Below, in pieces: positions 1 through 8,949 of a stretch of 32,000 nucleotides of DNA. A model generated the notes under the pieces. It worked only from the letters and a program-made list of their open reading frames with translations. It had not been told where the DNA came from and made no database searches. Position numbers and translations under genes: made by a program. This stretch comes from Planctopirus limnophila DSM 3776 (GTDB taxonomy: Bacteria > Planctomycetota > Planctomycetia > Planctomycetales > Planctomycetaceae), in the NCBI RefSeq assembly GCF_000092105.1, contig NC_014148.1, positions 1,380,001-1,412,000 on the forward strand, written 5' to 3'. The stretch's first letter is position 1. Each line of letters opens with the position of its first letter.

Positions 1-2
1 TT

Positions 3-545
3 GATCGCTGGATCATTCCTCCGCGTTACAACTCCACTACGAAGCAATTGGAATGGGCACTTCGCGGGCATTCGGAAAGTGGGAATCCCGTCGCCAATTG
101 GGATACCAGGATCTTGGGACGCTACGGCATGATGTCCGTCAAGCTGGTGATGACAAATCCAGACGAAATTGAGTCTGTAATTCCCGGCGTTAATCAGCTG
201 CTGCAAGGCTTTTCATTCAATGCTGGAAGTGATTACGCATCGTGGCAACCCGGAGACAAAGTGGCCGCACTGGGTGTGACCGCATTGGTGGCTGGATCCA
301 CAACCGCGGTCGCTGCCAAACTGGGATTCTTTCAGAAAATGGGTGTCTTTATTTTTAAATACATCTATCTGATTCTGGCAGCTTTGGGGGCCGTCGGAGC
401 GCGCTTCCTTGGGAAATCCGCATCCAACTCGTCTCCTTCAGATTCAGTCGCGATGAATCGCGACTCGGCTCTTCCTCGTCCCCCGACACTTCCAGGACCA
501 CGTCCCCGAACGCCCCAGTCTCCCGACAATCAGTCAAGTGATTGA
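3..545 (+). CDS. DUF2167-like membrane-anchored protein, C-terminal part (5' end lies outside the window)
   Basis: Frame 3 is open from the window edge (DRWIIPPRYNSTTKQLEWAL...) into listed ORF 48..545. The run NWDTRILGRYGMMSVKLV ... GDKVAALGVTALVAG, followed by a hydrophobic anchor and a Pro-rich tail, resembles DUF2167 members as I remember them. Confidence 0.55.
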   Translation, partial: DRWIIPPRYNSTTKQLEWALRGHSESGNPVANWDTRILGRYGMMSVKLVMTNPDEIESVIPGVNQLLQGFSFNAGSDYASWQPGDKVAALGVTALVAGSTTAVAAKLGFFQKMGVFIFKYIYLILAALGAVGARFLGKSASNSSPSDSVAMNRDSALPRPPTLPGPRPRTPQSPDNQSSD

Positions 546-767
546 CGTGCAATTGAGGGACGTAATGTGTCTCCGCCTCAAAGCCCAGCCATGCGACGAT
601 CGTAGAAGATCTTCGGCGGGTTGCAGACGGGCCGAGCCTTAGAGATCGGCGGGCACGTCAGGAAGTAGGGAGAGGAGATTGGCAGATAGTTCGGCGGCAG
701 AGATATCAGCAGTTAATCCAATCATTTTTAGCGGTGATTGCAGGCACAGGCGGGATTGACCCACACG

Positions 768-1733
768 ATGTACGGGATAACTGACCAATGGCTCTGGGTT
801 GCCTTGGTGGGACTCTTTCTTCTGGAGCAATTCCGACTGCTGCGGAGAGAAGAGCAGGCCATTTTTGAGATGCGTTCAGGGCTCTGGAGAACTTGTCCCG
901 TGTTATTGGAAAACTCCAGGTGTCGCCTCGTGTGGTTACCTATTTCTTCCACCTGTCGAGTCTTCATAGGAGATCAGGGAACTTTCGACCTTACATACTG
1001 TTGGACCGCTGGAACTTCGTCGTTATTACCGCGACCAGACGAGGTGAAAGACTTTCAGGCATTCCTCGCGGCCTGGCAACGAGCCAGTCAGTTGGTGCAG
1101 CTGACATCGACTGGGTTGGCTCTCTGTCTGGGCATGCTGATCCTCCTCTGGGCTGGTTTCTTGACGGTGAGTATTCCCTATGCCATACGCTGGACCCTGG
1201 GAGCCACTTTCACCTGCTGGTCACTAACAGCGTGCTTCTATTGGCAGTCCGCTCGCTCACTTCGGCGGCAGGGCTGGGGAGACGTCTCCGCCTCTGTGGC
1301 CGACGTCTTAATCAGTCCGCTGTCTGCACTCAAAGCCTATTCACTCTTGGGAAAGATGGGATGCCAAAGATATCACTTCAGTACTGTCGCCTGGGCTCTG
1401 GCTCCACATGCGGTGCTTCATCAATGGGCTCGCAATGCCACTGTCGCACCCAATCTTCAGGATTTCTCGACGGGAGTTTCTGCCAATCTCGAAACCCCGA
1501 CGCCGGGACAACTCCAAGAGTTGCTTCAGCTGCGCGGCATAGAACTATCTGTGGCGATTGCTACTCCGCATCCCGATTCTGATGCAATCTGCTTTTGTCC
1601 GCGCTGCCATGCTCAATACACGCGCTGGGTGGAATGTTGTTGGAATTGCACTTCATGGAAAGAAACTTTGGCTGTGGAAACCAGTCCTGAAGAGCCTCCT
1701 CCCAAAGATTACCAAAGCTCCATCGAGTCCTAA
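768..1733 (+). CDS. Hypothetical multi-pass membrane protein with C-terminal Cys4 zinc ribbon
   Basis: Long ORF 738..1733; the first ATG is at 768 (the track start at 738 is TTG). Hydrophobic segments include LALCLGMLILLWAGFLTV. The C-terminus has CFCPRCHAQYTRWVECCWNC (CxxC...CxxC). The overlapping ORF 893..1582 in another frame is Arg/Ser-rich and looks spurious. Confidence 0.5.
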   Translation: MYGITDQWLWVALVGLFLLEQFRLLRREEQAIFEMRSGLWRTCPVLLENSRCRLVWLPISSTCRVFIGDQGTFDLTYCWTAGTSSLLPRPDEVKDFQAFLAAWQRASQLVQLTSTGLALCLGMLILLWAGFLTVSIPYAIRWTLGATFTCWSLTACFYWQSARSLRRQGWGDVSASVADVLISPLSALKAYSLLGKMGCQRYHFSTVAWALAPHAVLHQWARNATVAPNLQDFSTGVSANLETPTPGQLQELLQLRGIELSVAIATPHPDSDAICFCPRCHAQYTRWVECCWNCTSWKETLAVETSPEEPPPKDYQSSIES

Positions 1734-1856
1734 CAAAAACGACATTCCCCACTGTTGGGAACCGTTAGGGGGGAAAGTCCCCCAGATCGACACACAGCAA
1801 CTGACTTAAAGCCAGGCGATGGGCTTGCTTTCAATTCTCAGGCCAGTGGAATTTTT

Positions 1857-2963
1857 ATGGTTGAATACGTGGTCACTTTGACAGCCGTGCTGGCTGGTTT
1901 TTTCTTGGGTGGCATGTGGGGCGGAAATCTGGGGTCTTTTGTGGGAGGCCTCGGGGCTCTGTTTCTGTGTCTCGTTGTCAAAGATGTGCTCTTCCTGGAG
2001 CGAACGCTGGAGGGGTTTTTCGCGCGGCATCGAACGGAGATTGCCGGATTTGTGGTTGTTGTGATTCTGGTGATTCTGGGGTCTTATCTGCTGGGCCCAA
2101 CCTGGGGGACGCTCCTGGGGCTCGTCGGTGGCCGTACTGCGGGAGAATGGATTGCCGGACGATTGGGATGGAGTGCAGAGCAGGCGCAGAACGATCTCTT
2201 TATGCGGGCAATCCAGTTGACATATCCGTTGGCACTCGTGGGTATGGATTCATCTCCAGATCCTCGCGAACTGAAGACAATACACGAGATTGCCCGACTC
2301 TTGCTGCAGCCCTTGGGGCTCCATCACAAGCGGGATGTGCAGAACGTTTTGGACATTTCCCGAAGGCTGATTGATGAGCCTGACTGCGTCAACTGGCTTC
2401 CGACTGCTAACGAGGAGCTTCGGTTCCGGATTGTCTGGAACTGTCTGCAGGTGATTTATTCCCGGGAGAGCATTCCTCCCGAGAAACGGCAGTTCGTCGT
2501 AGAACTGGAGCAATTCCTCAACCTGCAGAGTCTCAATGTCATTGGTGTCTACGATCGTTCCGTAGGGATTCAGTACATGCGTATCCCGGCATTGCATGTG
2601 TTGGGACTCTCTGCTGATGCAACAGACTCACAGATTGATGCGACGTATCGAGATGCTGTCCGTCAGTTTCATCCCGATCGTGTGCAAGGCGTTCCGGATC
2701 ATCTTTCAGCTCTGGCTCGCGATAAGATGGTCCAGATCAATGAAGCGTATCATCTGCTAAAGACCTCGGATCCCGCCTCGCTGAAGTACAATTTTCGTGG
2801 GGTGGAGGAGGATGCCGTGATCACTCCTGATGGGGAATCGGGCTTTTTGTGCCGCTGCTGGCTCTGCCGAAAGGCCAATCGAATTCCCGATCAAGTCGTA
2901 CTGCATTCTCTGCGCTGTGGTGGCTGCCATGCACTCCTCGGCCGACCGGTTTCGCCTGCCTGA
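1857..2963 (+). CDS. Membrane-anchored J-domain (DnaJ-like) protein with C-terminal zinc ribbon
   Basis: The first ATG of ORF 1755..2963 is at 1857 (MVEYVVTLTAVLAGFF...). The N-terminus has Gly-rich TM helices. The J-domain reads LHVLGLSADATDSQIDATYRDAVRQFHPDRV...MVQINEAYHLLK and contains the HPD motif. The C-terminus has CRCWLC...CGGC. Confidence 0.7.
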   Translation: MVEYVVTLTAVLAGFFLGGMWGGNLGSFVGGLGALFLCLVVKDVLFLERTLEGFFARHRTEIAGFVVVVILVILGSYLLGPTWGTLLGLVGGRTAGEWIAGRLGWSAEQAQNDLFMRAIQLTYPLALVGMDSSPDPRELKTIHEIARLLLQPLGLHHKRDVQNVLDISRRLIDEPDCVNWLPTANEELRFRIVWNCLQVIYSRESIPPEKRQFVVELEQFLNLQSLNVIGVYDRSVGIQYMRIPALHVLGLSADATDSQIDATYRDAVRQFHPDRVQGVPDHLSALARDKMVQINEAYHLLKTSDPASLKYNFRGVEEDAVITPDGESGFLCRCWLCRKANRIPDQVVLHSLRCGGCHALLGRPVSPA

Positions 2964-3727
2964 CATTCCTCTCCTCGATTCCCCAAATTCGATTTCGAAG
3001 AGTCGTCACCATGGGACGAAGGGCAAGGCTCCTCGTCGAAGCCACTCGCTGTCTAGCCAGAGGCGTTTGCTCTCTCTGGCTGGCAGTCTTTTGCAGCCCC
3101 AAGATCAGGCCCGGAATGGAAGTGGGTCTCTCGGGTGGCACTTTCCCGCCGACTGCCCCGGCAGACATTCGGGTTTCGCTCAACAGTCACCGGTCATGGG
3201 ATCTTACCAGTGGAGTGGTGCTGCACGGTGACCGGTCTGGATGAGTACCAACGTCGCCGGGGACATGAAGGTCTATGCGCGAACAGGCTACTCGATGCAC
3301 AAGTAGAGCTGTGCTTAGTTACAGCAAGATACTGGTAGAAAATAGGATCTCAGAGAGGGAGAGAAAACCCCGAAACACGCTCTCCTGAACATCGAAAAAA
3401 TGGCATTTATTTCTTATTGAAACTCTGGATCTCTTTAATATTAAAGAAAAGGTGGTTTCTGGTGTGTCTTTTATCGCCGATTAAATGCTCGCCAAATGCC
3501 CTGCGGAAGTGCCTCCCACAGGTGCCATTTCAATAACTATTTGTTGCTGGAAAAAGCACCGCTTTTCGACCAGATCCTTATCCACCCTTCACAGGGAACA
3601 TCTCTCAGAAACGCTGAGAATCAATCGGGTTGATGGTGCGTGAAAAAGCTCAACTGCAAGAACTGGCACCGAGTGGTCGTCTGCCATGGGCCGGTGAAAA
3701 CCGAAACCCAATGCGTGGGGTGGGGCT

Positions 3728-3763
3728 AAAAAAATCTGGCAGGGGGATGAGCCCCTGCCAGAT
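3728..3763 (-). terminator. Rho-independent terminator for the minus-strand clamp-like transcription unit
   Basis: Perfect 12-bp inverted repeat ATCTGGCAGGGG / CCCCTGCCAGAT with a 6-nt loop. It is preceded on the plus strand by an A-run, which is a T-run after the hairpin on the minus strand. It lies about 120 nt downstream of the stop at 3881. Confidence 0.7.
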
Positions 3764-3880
3764 GAGCGGGATCTCTCCCAGTGAAAGTTCTCGCTTCCAG
3801 TGTGAAACTCCTGCCCAGGGCTCACACTGCTCCCTCTGATCCTTCCCCCGTGTTCCTGAGGTCACGCGGCATCGAGGAGG

Positions 3881-5197
3881 TTAAACAATGATCGTCTCAC
3901 GTGAATGGGCCTTGTGGAATGGGGAACGTGAGATCTCCACTGGTGAGTTTTCGGAAACTGGGTGGACTGGTTCCAAGCGCATTGCTGGGAGGCCGACGGG
4001 TTCGCGTGTGCCGGACTGTGGTTGGCCAGTGGCCAGCACGTGGTGATCTCCCGGCGGAATGAGGCTGTCACGCGTGAGTGGCATGATGACGTAGAAGGCC
4101 TCCGGAGTGTCGAGACGAACGGCACTCTCCGAACTCTGAAAACCGAGTTGCTGAAACCCCATCTTCAGGGCTGAGAGAAGATAGCGGGTCTCCAGTGAGA
4201 TTGCCCCGGATGTGCCCCAGCAGGTGGATCGCGTCAGTTGAATTTCCGTGGCACGTGCCGCACAGCGTGTCTGAATTCGGATCACGGGAAACGCCTGCGA
4301 AAGATCCACGGTCACCGGTTGATGAATCCGTTCTTCCGAGGTGATCTGGGCCTGGGGAAGATGTTCCAGAAGTTCTATCAGACGGCAGGCATCCACAGGA
4401 TGGAGTTCCATCTGTGAGGCGGTCTCAGAGAGTTGCGGCACAACCCGGTCAATCAGGGGATACCGTCCTTCGGTTTCAATCTTCAGTCCGACGACCCAGG
4501 ATCCAGATTGCACCACTAAATCGGTGGGCGTGCGAGCGAGATGGACAGTACTGGCACGTTCCCATTCAGGGAGTGCGAAAATATCTGTGCCTGCCAGCAG
4601 CAGATCGTCTGACCAGGGAAGTGGCAACCCGTTCCAAATCAGCAGTTGATGCCCATTCGACCCTGCGAGTCGCTGATGTTGAGCACTGTATTGCACACAA
4701 CTCAGGGAGTACCGCTTGATGCTGGGGTCACGGAGTGACATCACTCGCTGCAATGCGGCGAGAAACCCCGGCGGGGCTTCCACCAGTTCAGACCAGATGG
4801 CTCGGGGCCAGCCTTCGGGAGGATCCATTCGCTGATATTCACGCTCCATCTCAAAACCCGAGGTTGTCCAACGGGCCTTGATCAGATCCTGATCGACTTC
4901 GATGGTCACGATATCCGGGGTGGTTCCCTGCACGTCTCGTAAAAGTGTTGCCGGGACGGTGACTTGTTCGGCATGGCCCAGGGAGAGTTCCGTGAGAGGT
5001 GAGGGAGTGGGACTGCGGGAGGGATCGAAGTTCTGCCAGAGAACCCAGACTTCAGGAGTCAGGCAGAGCATCTGCAGTTGAGTGCCGCGCTGAATCAGCG
5101 TGACCGGGGGTTGAATGCGCCGGGAGAAATGGATGAGTCCGGCATGTCGAAACGCTGTGAGGACTTGCCGGGCTGTCTGTCGTGAGAATTGAAACAT
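3881..5197 (-). CDS. Divergent DNA polymerase III beta sliding-clamp-like (DnaN-family) protein with about 40 aa N-terminal extension
   Basis: 438-aa ORF with clamp-like landmarks in the correct order. These are ...ARWTTSGFEMEREYQRMDPPEGWP (domain I end, cf. edfP); LAALQRVMSLRDPSIKRYSLSCVQ...SNGHQLLIW (cf. TDGHRLA); LKIETEGRYPLIDRVVPQ (cf. G-fPdy--viP); and ISLETRYLLSALKM...EAFYVIMPL (cf. fN-kYl-dal...y-iMPm). Confidence 0.6.
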   Translation of the reverse strand: MFQFSRQTARQVLTAFRHAGLIHFSRRIQPPVTLIQRGTQLQMLCLTPEVWVLWQNFDPSRSPTPSPLTELSLGHAEQVTVPATLLRDVQGTTPDIVTIEVDQDLIKARWTTSGFEMEREYQRMDPPEGWPRAIWSELVEAPPGFLAALQRVMSLRDPSIKRYSLSCVQYSAQHQRLAGSNGHQLLIWNGLPLPWSDDLLLAGTDIFALPEWERASTVHLARTPTDLVVQSGSWVVGLKIETEGRYPLIDRVVPQLSETASQMELHPVDACRLIELLEHLPQAQITSEERIHQPVTVDLSQAFPVIRIQTRCAARATEIQLTRSTCWGTSGAISLETRYLLSALKMGFQQLGFQSSESAVRLDTPEAFYVIMPLTRDSLIPPGDHHVLATGQPQSGTREPVGLPAMRLEPVHPVSENSPVEISRSPFHKAHSRETIIV

Positions 5198-5322
5198 GGG
5201 GTCACTTTCATCAAAGCGTGAGGGAAATCAGGGGCGTCGGCCCCCGAAAACAATGCCAGGCCAGAGCGATGGACTCCGGCCTGGCAGTACTCAGTCGTCA
5301 GTGCGGACAGTCCTGCTGGGAA

Positions 5323-5502
5323 TCACGCCGTTTCGAGGTGATCCCAGTCGAGATAGGGAGCCAGTAGAGTGGCCGCTACCAGCGAGTCGTCGTCAGTCAG
5401 CGGAGGAGTGAGGTCAATGAGTTCAAAGCCCCGCTGGTGAATCACCTGCAGGTCTTCACCCGTCATTTCCGAAACGGCCAGTTCGAATTCACGTCGTGTC
5501 AT
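5323..5502 (-). CDS. Small acidic hypothetical protein (59 aa), below the ORF-track cutoff
   Basis: Read by hand on the minus strand: ATG at 5502, preceded by GGAGAC about 8 nt upstream. Translation is MTRREFELAVSEMTGEDLQVIHQRGFELIDLTPPLTDDDSLVAATLLAPYLDWDHLETA, with TGA at 5323-5325. Confidence 0.45.
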   Translation of the reverse strand: MTRREFELAVSEMTGEDLQVIHQRGFELIDLTPPLTDDDSLVAATLLAPYLDWDHLETA

Positions 5503-5564
5503 CTTGTCCGTGTCTCCAAGTTCAAGGAATGGTTATTTCCCGCGAGAGTTCCCGGGGAGTTTTC

Positions 5565-5590
5565 AAAAAAACAGCCCCCAGTGGGGGGCT
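5565..5590 (-). terminator. Rho-independent terminator after the 80-aa gene
   Basis: The AGCCCCC / GGGGGCT stem with a 4-nt loop is followed on the minus strand by a run of seven T (plus-strand A-run 5565-5571). It starts about 10 nt after the TAG stop at 5601-5603. Confidence 0.55.
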
Positions 5591-5600
5591 CATGAGTTGG

Positions 5601-5843
5601 CTAATCGGCCTGCAGGCGATGCTGCTGAAGCCAGTCGATTTCTGCCGTGAGGGCCTGACTGCGGTGAGGGTACGGCCCCAGTGAGGGACCATCTCGCAGG
5701 TGCGCCCACCACGCTCCGTTCACATCGGGCTCAACATCACTGGCCCGTTCAATCGACACCTGGCCCAGGGCCTGCCAGTCGAGTGACTCGCTGTAGAGCG
5801 TGACAATCACTCCCTGAGGGCGGATGAGAAGGATCTGCTTCAT
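5601..5843 (-). CDS. Hypothetical 80-aa protein
   Basis: Its start overlaps the stop of the upstream gene (ATGA at 5840-5843), implying translational coupling. No recognisable motifs. Confidence 0.5.
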   Translation of the reverse strand: MKQILLIRPQGVIVTLYSESLDWQALGQVSIERASDVEPDVNGAWWAHLRDGPSLGPYPHRSQALTAEIDWLQQHRLQAD

Positions 5844-6808
5844 GCCTCCTCTCCCGTGGAGGGACGCATGATCGAACGTCGGGGACGATCAACGAGGAGT
5901 TGATCGAGTTGGGATTGAACAGCTGACATCTGCCGGGAGACGTGCTGACGCAGAGAAGAGTGATCCCGCAGTTGCTGGGGAGTGATGCCGCGGAGAAGGC
6001 TTTGAGCCTGCTGCACGAGTCCTTCGAGCTGTTCGTGAGAGCCAATCTGCAGAGTGCGAAACCTCTCGAAGAACTCATGGAGTCGTGAGACCGCCGAATC
6101 CCGGAAGACTTTGGGAGAAGCTCCCGACTGACCGCTCATCCGTTCGCAGAGATGCGTAATCAGCCCATTGAATTCTTCGAGGAAGGCGGTTTCGGCCAGT
6201 TGCATGGCTTCTTCAAAGCGGGCCGAAACGCGGGCACATTCCCGGGCATAGAGTTCGGGAGCCAACTGCTGCAGGTGATCCGGAGGAGTCACACTGGGAT
6301 AATCCCATTCGACAGCAAACTCCTGCCGCAGGGAGTGAGGATAATCCCGAGGATCATAGAGCGAGCCCAGTCGTTCCCGGGCCTGCTGCTGGAGTGTCTC
6401 GAATTCTTCTTCGAGCCGCTCCACAGCCTCTTCGAGTTCCTGGCGAAACTCCGTCAGTTGGGCTTCAAAGATTCCCAGACGTTCTTTGCGGAGGAGTCGA
6501 ATCCCAGGTTCCGGAAAGGGGAGCGTCGTGCTTTTCCAGTATTGGACAATCCGACTGCGAACCGCAGTTACTTGGCGATAGGCGGGAGCACTCGTATCAA
6601 AGAGTTTCTTGCCCGCCGAGAGAAACTTTTCGGCGGCACCAAAAGATTCCGCAGCCTGAGCCTTCTGGCTATGAGTCAGCGAACGACTGGTCCCCAGCCA
6701 ATGAAAACTGACTCGGACAGCCGTGGTGATCTCCTGAAGTTCCCGTGCCAGCGGGCGAGGACGAGGAGCCTGCTGAGCAGGCTCGGGTTCTGTGGTCAAC
6801 ATGGTCAT
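5840..6808 (-). CDS. Hypothetical coiled-coil protein (322 aa), possibly DUF3150-like
   Basis: An internal ATG at 6808 is preceded by AAGGAG (plus-strand ctcctt at 6816-6821, 7 nt spacer). The sequence LSAGKKLFDTS...PEPGIRLLRKERL..FEAQLTEFRQELEEAVERLEEEFETLQQQARERLGSLYDPRDYP has a layout that reminds me of DUF3150-type proteins. The family call is weak. Confidence 0.55.
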   Translation of the reverse strand: MTMLTTEPEPAQQAPRPRPLARELQEITTAVRVSFHWLGTSRSLTHSQKAQAAESFGAAEKFLSAGKKLFDTSAPAYRQVTAVRSRIVQYWKSTTLPFPEPGIRLLRKERLGIFEAQLTEFRQELEEAVERLEEEFETLQQQARERLGSLYDPRDYPHSLRQEFAVEWDYPSVTPPDHLQQLAPELYARECARVSARFEEAMQLAETAFLEEFNGLITHLCERMSGQSGASPKVFRDSAVSRLHEFFERFRTLQIGSHEQLEGLVQQAQSLLRGITPQQLRDHSSLRQHVSRQMSAVQSQLDQLLVDRPRRSIMRPSTGEEA

Positions 6809-6953
6809 GAAAAGGCTCCTTGATTTCTCAATGGAAAAAACAGTGCGAAAGGTGTTGTCGAGTGACAACAACCGGTGGAAAACAACGTCCCGTTTGAACG
6901 CTTCCACTGATGTTCCGAGAGTCAGTGCGTGGCTAGGCCGAGACGCAGGCTGC

Positions 6954-8459
6954 TCAGTTGGTCGAGGGAGTCACCTTCCGGCGGGACGTTGAGTTGGAGG
7001 TGTGGGTAAAGAGGCCGGGGACATCGGCCGAGAGGCAGCGTCCACTGGCCCATTGCCGCAAATGCTCAATGGCTTCCGCAGAAGTCCGCGAAACGGGGAC
7101 GACTTGTCGGGCCGCATCGGTCAGGGAAATTCCCAAGAGGGCGGAGAGTCGGCAGCACGATTTGATTTCGGCCCCTGTCCAGCCCGTGTCAGCGGGAATC
7201 GGTTCACTGGCAGCAATGTCATACTCTTGCCGGTAGAGCGACCAGATTTCCTGACGCTGGGGAGGAGCCGGGAGATCGACGAAGAAGACCCCATCGAGTC
7301 GTTCCGCACGGGTGAATTCGGGAGGCAACTGCTGAATGCTGTTGGCAGTCCCGACGAAGAAGACATCACTCGTGTGATCGGAAAGCCACGTCAGCAGTGT
7401 GCCAAAGAGGCGGGTCGCCACTCCGGCATCGCCAGTGCCCCCGACCCCCGAGAGTCCTTTCTCCAGTTCATCGACAAAGAGCACACAAGGGGCCATGGCA
7501 TCAACAACCTGCAGAGCCTGGCGGATATTCCGTTCGGTCTCCCCCACAATCCCTCCCAGGACGGCTCCCAGATCGAGTGTCAGAACAGGGCGTCCGGTTT
7601 CTTGACCCAGAGCGCGGCAAAAGGCACTTTTGCCGCAACCTGGTGGTGAGAGTAGGAGAATTCCCCGGGCCGTGACCCGCTGAGTTCCTGACTGGGGACG
7701 GAGTGCCTGGCGACAGAACTGTTTGAGAGCCTGAAGACCTCCCAGAGCGGCGAACGATTCGCGGCCACGATGCAGTCGCAAAAGACTCTGTTGCCGCAAC
7801 GTCTGAGACTTGAGTTCCCAGATAACGTCCGGTTGGAATGTTCCATGCCTTACCAGGGAAAGGGAAAAGGCATTTTCCGCTTCACTGCGAGTCAGTCCGG
7901 CAGCGGCATCGAGGAGCTGTTGCCAGGTGGGGCCCGTGGGAATCAGTGAAGGGGCATCGGCCACGAGTTCCCGCGCGATCTCTCCCAGTTCGTCAGCTTG
8001 CGGGAGTGGAAACTCCAGCACCACAAATTGCCGCTGCAGTTCGGGAGGTAACTGGACAACAGGAGCGAGGATCACCAGGAACTTGCGGAGTTGTTTGCCC
8101 AGTCGCAGCCCCCGGATGAGCTGCTGAATGATTTCCGGGTTTTGCAGGAAACGATGAAAGTTGGGTAAGACCAGCAGTTCGGCCGTGAAATCAGCGGTGG
8201 TTGGTCGTTCCAGAAAGTGTTGGAGAGCCGAGAGAGGATCGGAAATTCTGTCCGGGGCTGCAGGACCTGCGGAGAGACCTTCTGCGGACTCAGAGAGGGA
8301 GAGAAAGCCTTGAGAGAGATCCCAGGCCGCCAACTGCCAGTGGTGCTCCTGAGCGAGAGCACGCAGTTGCCGTTCGACTTCATCGGTTTCAGGCGATTGA
8401 ATCCACAGGCCACTGAAAGCGGCCTGAATGTGTTCGACGAGTTGCTGAGAAAAGTGCAT
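6954..8459 (-). CDS. AAA+ ATPase (classic AAA clade, Ycf46-like architecture) with about 250 aa N-terminal domain
   Basis: Walker A is LLSPPGCGKSAF and Walker B is CVLFVDELEKG. A second region of homology, FFVGTANSIQQLPPEFTRAERLDGVFFVDLP, follows. 501-aa ORF. Confidence 0.85.
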   Translation of the reverse strand: MHFSQQLVEHIQAAFSGLWIQSPETDEVERQLRALAQEHHWQLAAWDLSQGFLSLSESAEGLSAGPAAPDRISDPLSALQHFLERPTTADFTAELLVLPNFHRFLQNPEIIQQLIRGLRLGKQLRKFLVILAPVVQLPPELQRQFVVLEFPLPQADELGEIARELVADAPSLIPTGPTWQQLLDAAAGLTRSEAENAFSLSLVRHGTFQPDVIWELKSQTLRQQSLLRLHRGRESFAALGGLQALKQFCRQALRPQSGTQRVTARGILLLSPPGCGKSAFCRALGQETGRPVLTLDLGAVLGGIVGETERNIRQALQVVDAMAPCVLFVDELEKGLSGVGGTGDAGVATRLFGTLLTWLSDHTSDVFFVGTANSIQQLPPEFTRAERLDGVFFVDLPAPPQRQEIWSLYRQEYDIAASEPIPADTGWTGAEIKSCCRLSALLGISLTDAARQVVPVSRTSAEAIEHLRQWASGRCLSADVPGLFTHTSNSTSRRKVTPSTN

Positions 8460-8620
8460 CTAGAGACTCCGGGAGAAAAAGGGGATGCATCACGAAAAAA
8501 CCCACTGGAGAAATGCCAGTGGGTAAGTGAGATTCCGAATCTGTGTGGGGACTCCGCGCAGGAATGCGTTCACCGCGCCATCACCACAAACAGCTGTGAC
8601 AACGAGAAGTCGTCTTCGTT

Positions 8621-8842
8621 TCAGTGTTCGGGAAATGGTGCGTGCGATTGATGGGTCATCGGTGTGTTTTGTGACGTCGACGAAGGTTGATAGTACTCGG
8701 GCTGGAGTTGTTCCTGGAGTGGCAGACCTAGTGCCTGAATCAGGCCCGCTGTGGCGTGACGGCAGGTGCTCCCAGTGAATCCCTGGGCCTGCACCTGCAC
8801 CTTTCCGGTGGGATCAACTCGAATTTCGATGGTCAGTGACAT
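8621..8842 (-). CDS. DUF2997-like small protein (73 aa)
   Basis: Internal ATG at 8842 inside listed ORF 8621..9193. MSLTIEIRVDPTGKVQVQAQGFTGSTCRHATAGLIQALGL matches the DUF2997 pattern as I recall it (i-i-i-pdG-v-v---G--G--C). The upstream part of the listed ORF is Arg/His-rich junk. Confidence 0.6.
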   Translation of the reverse strand: MSLTIEIRVDPTGKVQVQAQGFTGSTCRHATAGLIQALGLPLQEQLQPEYYQPSSTSQNTPMTHQSHAPFPEH

Positions 8843-8949
8843 GGAAGAATTCCTGTAGGGACATGAGGGATCTATGGGACTGGAGAAAGTGAGAGCGGTC
8901 GCTCCCGAGCCAAGGCCGTGGTGGGTGTGGTGCGGGGTGGCATGCGGTT

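Noticed and set aside
893-1582. 229-aa plus-strand ORF overlapping ORF 738..1733 in another frame (1916..2374 inside the J-domain gene is a similar case)
   Set aside because: These ORFs have Arg/Ser/Gly-rich, motif-free translations that lie entirely inside longer ORFs with TM helices and recognisable domains.
3589-3865. ORFs of 69-78 aa in the 900-bp gap between the J-domain gene and the clamp-like gene
   Set aside because: They overlap each other and the terminator hairpin at 3728-3763. They have no RBS and their composition is unlike the neighbouring genes.
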